Assembly: GCA_964036045.1 (NCBI GenBank)
Contig: OZ038379.1
Span: forward strand, 22,258,001 to 22,322,000
Source of the DNA: Eutreptiella sp. 'Long Island Sound 2002'
Lineage: Eukaryota > Protista > Euglenida
Direction: 5' to 3'
DNA length: 64,000 nucleotides
This document shows positions 59,101 through 64,000 of this stretch, piece by piece (the first letter of the stretch is position 1; each line of letters opens with the position of its first letter). A program made the position numbers and the translations under genes. The notes beneath the pieces were generated by a model, which had not been told where the DNA came from, ran no database searches, and worked only from the letters and a program-made list of their open reading frames with translations.

Positions 59101-62100
59101 CCTACAAACTTACCGCCGCCACACTCACCCACTCACCACTAGAGCCCCGGAAACAGGCAAAACAGGAAAAAACGGCGCAAAATGGGGCAAAATGGTGCAA
59201 AAGGGGAGAGAAACGGTGCAAAACAAGAGAAAAAACGGAGAAAAACAGGTGGGGCGGGGGGCAGAAGCAAAGACTGGGAAATGGTGGGACAGTGGGGTTG
59301 TGGTGGATGACAGCGTTCAGATCACTATATCCACCCCTGAGAGCCACTGCGAACTGAGACACTGGGTGTGCGCTGCCATGAGGCCTCTTGCGACACCCTT
59401 GGTCTTCAACCCATGCACTGACCAACAGCGTGTACTTGCCCCCGCAGGGGCGAGCGTGTGGGGCTGCCTCCTCGACAGAAATGCCACCGCACGGACTGGC
59501 ACGTGCATGTGTTGCTTTGCCGCATTACTCGCCCCGTCATTGCGTTTGTGGTGGCGGCCCATGCAACGCGTGGTCACTCAGTTCAGTGCATCGATGTGCC
59601 CACTGCACCAGCCTGGACCAGTGGGTCCATCAGCCATTCCTGCCATTGGCGAAGCACCAGCAAATGAGTGCACCACAAGCCCCTTCTGGCGTGGCTGCAC
59701 GTGCCCTGCTCTTCAATGGGAGCCGGCCACAGCAGCGGTTTTCATACCCTTGGGGGGGCGAGAGCCATTGCACAACAGCGGCTTTGGGGGTATCGGAGTG
59801 CGACGCTGTTGTTGTACAGGACGAGTCATTGGGCATGGCCGGTGTTTATTGGCGCGTGTCACCTCCGCACACACACTGAGCGGGGGTGGCAATGTGTCGG
59901 GCCAGAGGAAATGGGACCCACGGGCCGGGGCACGCAGACATACTGAGATAGGAGGGGCCCGCAGGTATGAGGTGATCCACAGCTGCACCCCCGTCACGAC
60001 AAAGTACAGTGCACACAGGCTCATGGCTGTGCAGACCCAAATGGGGGACAAGACCAGCTTCTTGACCTTGCCCAGCAGCATCCTCAGGTGGATCATGCCC
60101 CGGCTGGTGTGCCGTGACACGGTGGCCAGGCCGAAGACAGCGGGGGGCGCCACCGACACAGCCCCTGCCCCCAGCGACGGGGGCGGCGGCGATTGGGGGG
60201 AGGCGGGCTCTTCCTGCGGGTCGATGTACTTGCGAGGGACCAGGAACCACCCAATGGCCGCCGGCAGCAGCAGGAACGACTGGATGTAGAAGGAGACACG
60301 CCAGCTGAAGTTCGTGTTGGCGGCCAGGAACCCGGAGACGGTGTACCCCGCCATGATCCCCAGGGGCACGCCGGCCTGCACCAGCGACATCCACGTGGTG
60401 CAGTGCGTTTTGGGGGCGAACTCGTCCACCTGAAGAGAAACAGACGGAGGTACAACAGCGGGGCTTCTCACGCGGCGTGCAAACTGCTGCGCAGGAGCCG
60501 ACCGAAGGCAGTCGGCAAATCAGCAATCGGACCCGAGGCTCATCCGGTTGTTGGCGCTTATTTCCGGGCAACGGACGCCGGCAATCCTTGTGCTTAGCCT
60601 GCAGCACGCCGCAGGCGGACAGTCACTAGCAGTGACTCTCAGCAGAGGCCATTCCCAAGCAGCACACGGCGCTCAAAATGGCGACATGACCGCCGCCGTC
60701 TCAGTGTCCCCAAAGCAGAGGGAGGAATCCCGTGGCCCAAGCGCCCCCTAATCTCCCGAAACAAGGAACTCCTTTTCCCCATGGAGCATTTTTCCGTTTG
60801 CCCTTCCTCCTGACATGGAAAGTGGCGCCATGCAGGGTCACGCACCCCTGCTCTGTGCTCTAGTAGATAATCTCCTGTGCTTGTATCTCTCTGGTCGTAG
60901 GTTCAGTACCCTGTGTTGCTGTCCATGATCACCCCCTCCGGCCCCCACAATCCCCGGGGCTGGACACCTTGATGTGGTGTGGAGGCATGGTGGGGTCTCC
61001 CCAGCGCGAACAGGCCGGGGGGTGGCCCTTATGGCTGCCTCAGCTACGACCAGCTCTTCAGGTTCTGCACACCAACCTTGGTGGGCCACCCACCATGCTG
61101 TGATGCCGGGGGCTGGGGCGACCAGATGGCGGGCACAGGGGCCCTCTCCATGTGCCAAGGGTGTGGTGGTGGGCAGCCCGTACCCACACATGCCTCTAAG
61201 CTTTGCAGCTGTTGCCTCACTTTGCTCAGCTCTTGTGATCTCTAAGGGACATGATGGGGTAGTGTCCTTGGTACACCTACTGGGTGGGGACCTACTTTGG
61301 TACATCATGTCCCCGAGCCCATCGGGGGCAGACCAGCCGTGAGGGGGAAAAGGACATATGGTGGACGGCCGGGACAGCGCGTGGAGGAACAGGGCACCTG
61401 GGCCTCACACACACAGAACCACAGCGAGGCAGGCTATGGACGGCCTGTGGACAGAGGCGCGTGGACAGCAAAAACAGTCAAACGACCCCGGCAACAACCA
61501 GCTGCCTCGTCACAGCGTGCTCTTTACTCTTGTGCTCTCTAAGGGACATGAGGGGGTAGTGTCTTCAAACACCTTCAGGGTGGGGACCTACCTTGGTACA
61601 TCATGATCCCTGGATCCCTGGATCCATGTACCCGAGCCTGACTTAAATCCAGGAGCACAGAGCGCACACAGCACAGCACAGAGCGTACACAGAGCGCGCA
61701 CAGCACAGCACAGAGCGTACATAGAGCGGACGGCGCAACACAGCGCGTACAAAAAACAAGGAGCTACCCCTGGTCAAACAGGTTGCCCCCTGCTCGGAAG
61801 GAGATAATGTACTGTGCTTGCATCTCTATAGTCGCAGGTTCAATACCCTGTGCTGCTGTCCATGATAACTATGAGCCAAGATGTGGTAGTGTCTTGGGTA
61901 CACCTTCTGGGTGGAGACCTATCTTGATACATCATGCTTTTCGCAGATGCAGTACTTTTGCCCTGTCTGTCTAAGAGCTTAAATGGCTCACTGAGCGGGC
62001 CTAGGCCACAGCAGAAACTGACTGAACCAGACATGTGCTCTTAGATGGCTCGATGGGCGGGGCCTCCATGCAACCACCCAGCCTGGGTTCCAGCCCCGGG

Positions 62101-63973
62101 GTGGGTCAGCCGCAGAGGTATCCACGGTTTGTCGGGTACGTGGATTTTGGAATGAGGGTGCGGCCAATCTGACCTACACCCGGGTAGGACATGGTTCACG
62201 CATAGTCCGTGCTCTGTTCCCAGTCTGTGTGGTGGAGACACGGGGAGTGGGCACCCTTTCCCGGCGTCCAGCTGGCACAGGGCCCGTGCTAATCACCGGC
62301 AGCTCCCCCCCCCCACCCCGCCGCCATTCTTGGGGGCCACTTTCCTTTGGTAACACAGGGCTTTTATGTTACTGTGTATAAGCGACCCCCCCTCTTTTTT
62401 TGTCGGGTCAGTGTTTACAACAGGTCACTGGGCTTGTCAAATGAGCCTGCCTTGGCTGGGTAGCGCCCCACTTTCTGCAGAACCTCCTGCCTCCCCCCCC
62501 CCCTCAAGGGATGTGAGTGTGGACCCGACCAGGGCGTCACAGGCTCCGCTGCTGAGCCTGTTCGAGACAGACGCAGTGAAGCCGCACGTAACCATGCCAA
62601 TAGGTGGTCTTGACTGGGGGTACAGCCCCTCTCCTAATACAATGAGCCAGTGGTCTGTACGCCCGCAAAGGCCGATCACGCGCCACTTCCGATGCCCCGG
62701 CGCTACCGCCGATGCCCCTTGGGGTCTCATACTTTGCTGGCCGGGAGTGCATAGTCTGAGACATGATGCAAGAGGTAGGGGCTGTGCCATGGAAATGCAG
62801 ATGTACTGTGCAGGTCCTGGGACCAGGGGGTTTGCCAACTACCATCATCATCGCGGCAGCTCGTCAAGAAAGGGGAAGGGGGAGGGGGGCAGACCACCGA
62901 TCTAAGGCTGTCTCAGCCCTGCCCCCCTTGCGTTCCTGAGTCAGTACCCACGGCCATGTGTGTTGGGGGGTCCAAACTGTGCGCAAAATCCGGTGTTTGG
63001 GCGGGGTCTTACGGGGAGTGTGGCATGGGCAGTGGTGCTATCTGTGGGGCCGCAAAGACAGTCGCCTGGATGTGAAGACCTTTTCAACACTTCGACACAG
63101 CCCGACCTATTGTTCAGTGGTGAGTAAGCCTCTCATGGATACGCCCCTGGGCCCTTCTCGTCAAGAGATGGCGAGGGCACCAATGAGCGCATCCAACGGA
63201 AGCTGCCGTATTACTCAGCGACGAGTGTGCCACCCACGGGCATGTCCCGGACTCTTTTGCGGGTTTTTTTGTTCACGGGTCCACACACTACTCTGATTTT
63301 GCAATAACTAGCGACGAGCTTCGCTTTTTGCACAGGCCAGGGCAGTCGTGCTTAGCAAGCGTTCGACACCAAGGTTTGGGGTGTGAACAAGTGCCTTGGG
63401 GTCAGGGATGCCGAAAGCTGATCAAAAAGAGCTCCGCACGCAGGTGCGAAGGGGCCAACGGCTGGATTCAAGTGGCAGCCGCGGGGCCTGTGACAACCAA
63501 TAACAGAAGTACACGTTCGGCACACTTCCGTCCACCGTCGTTGGCCAACTGTTGCGTCGAGCGAACAGCGAGAGCTGCTGGGACCGACGGCGCGGCTTTT
63601 GCGCACCATCGCACACCATGGCACAGACCCACACCCAGGGGCACCCCACTCATGTGCCCTTGCGACACAGGGCGCTTGACCAGGACACCGTGGCACATGC
63701 GCAGGCACAGGGAGATACCCAGACAGGGGAGAAGATCACAATAAAGGACTGCGAGACCCCGACCATGAAGCGGGAGAAGAATAAAAAGTACATGGACGTG
63801 CTGGCGCTGAACAGCAGGCACCACACGCAGTTGGCCAGCAAGGCCACGCCGAGCACGCGCTTCGGGGAGAAGCTGGACAAGACACTGCCGGCGACGAGGC
63901 ACGTGGACGTGAGCCCCAGGTACACCAAAGACCCCAGCAGGCCCTCCTGGAACAGACTGAGTCCAAACTGGGC
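56188..63973 (-). CDS. Spinster-like MFS transporter, 3' four exons (5' end lies beyond the window)
   Basis: complement(join(56188..56388,57648..58115,59944..60429,63719..63973)), all phase 0 and GT-AG. Multiple TM segments. Motifs: QEGLLGSLVYLGL, SRFMVGVSQSF...PVWVDEFAP, WRVSFYIQ, LYFVVTGVQLW, GVLFGGHVVDRVGGY and YNLLGYFAGPFLSG. Confidence 0.9.
60850..61940 (+). repeat. Modular intronic repeat with duplicated and triplicated blocks, sharing a 188-bp segment with the SIZ1-intron element
   Basis: The block gataat...ctgtgcttg.atctct...gtcg.aggttca.taccctgtg.tgctgtccatgat occurs at ~60866 and ~61803. The block gg(g)tagtgtc...acacct...gggtgg.gaccta..ttg.tacatcatg occurs at ~61257, ~61555 and ~61884. 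61315-61502 is the reverse complement of 9297-9484. Confidence 0.75.
61655..61750 (+). repeat. Minisatellite of cacagagcg(c/t)acacagcacag units
   Basis: About four imperfect acagagcg...cagcac units. Confidence 0.75.
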
Positions 63974-64000
63974 CTGCAATGCAAGTGTGGGACATGGCGT

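Noticed and set aside
59192-60289. 365-aa plus-strand ORF
   Set aside because: It is an antisense shadow of a GC-rich MFS exon plus intronic repeat, with no recognisable domain.
5194-63973. Euglenid non-conventional (non GT-AG, stem-paired) introns
   Set aside because: All introns needed for the four gene models are GT-AG except one GC-AG, and no paired-end intron was required.

Overview
Intron-rich, repeat-dense eukaryotic nuclear DNA, not prokaryotic. TTAGGG-type telomeric motifs, long poly-G/poly-C tracts and the repeat style suggest a euglenozoan/euglenid; this is inference only. Four host genes were rebuilt exon by exon with consistent splice phases. (1) A SIZ1/PIAS-type SUMO E3 ligase on the minus strand, 14 coding exons, about 580 aa (SAP, PINIT-like, SP-RING, SIMs). 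(2) Exocyst subunit Sec5/EXOC2 on the plus strand, about 12 exons, about 825 aa, with an uncertain 5' end. (3) A macrodomain protein on the plus strand, 2 exons split by a 3.96-kb GC-AG intron. (4) The 3' part of a Spinster-like MFS transporter on the minus strand. Most of the remaining sequence is transposon-derived. The most notable items are: a degenerate intron-containing element encoding a RAG1/Transib-like protein next to the SIZ1 start; a hAT element with perfect 25-bp TIRs and an 8-bp TSD whose internally deleted transposase ends in a SAM-like domain; and two head-to-tail non-coding elements bounded by telomeric repeats with Helentron/DINE-1-like architecture. All family assignments come from manual motif reading; no database searches were run.
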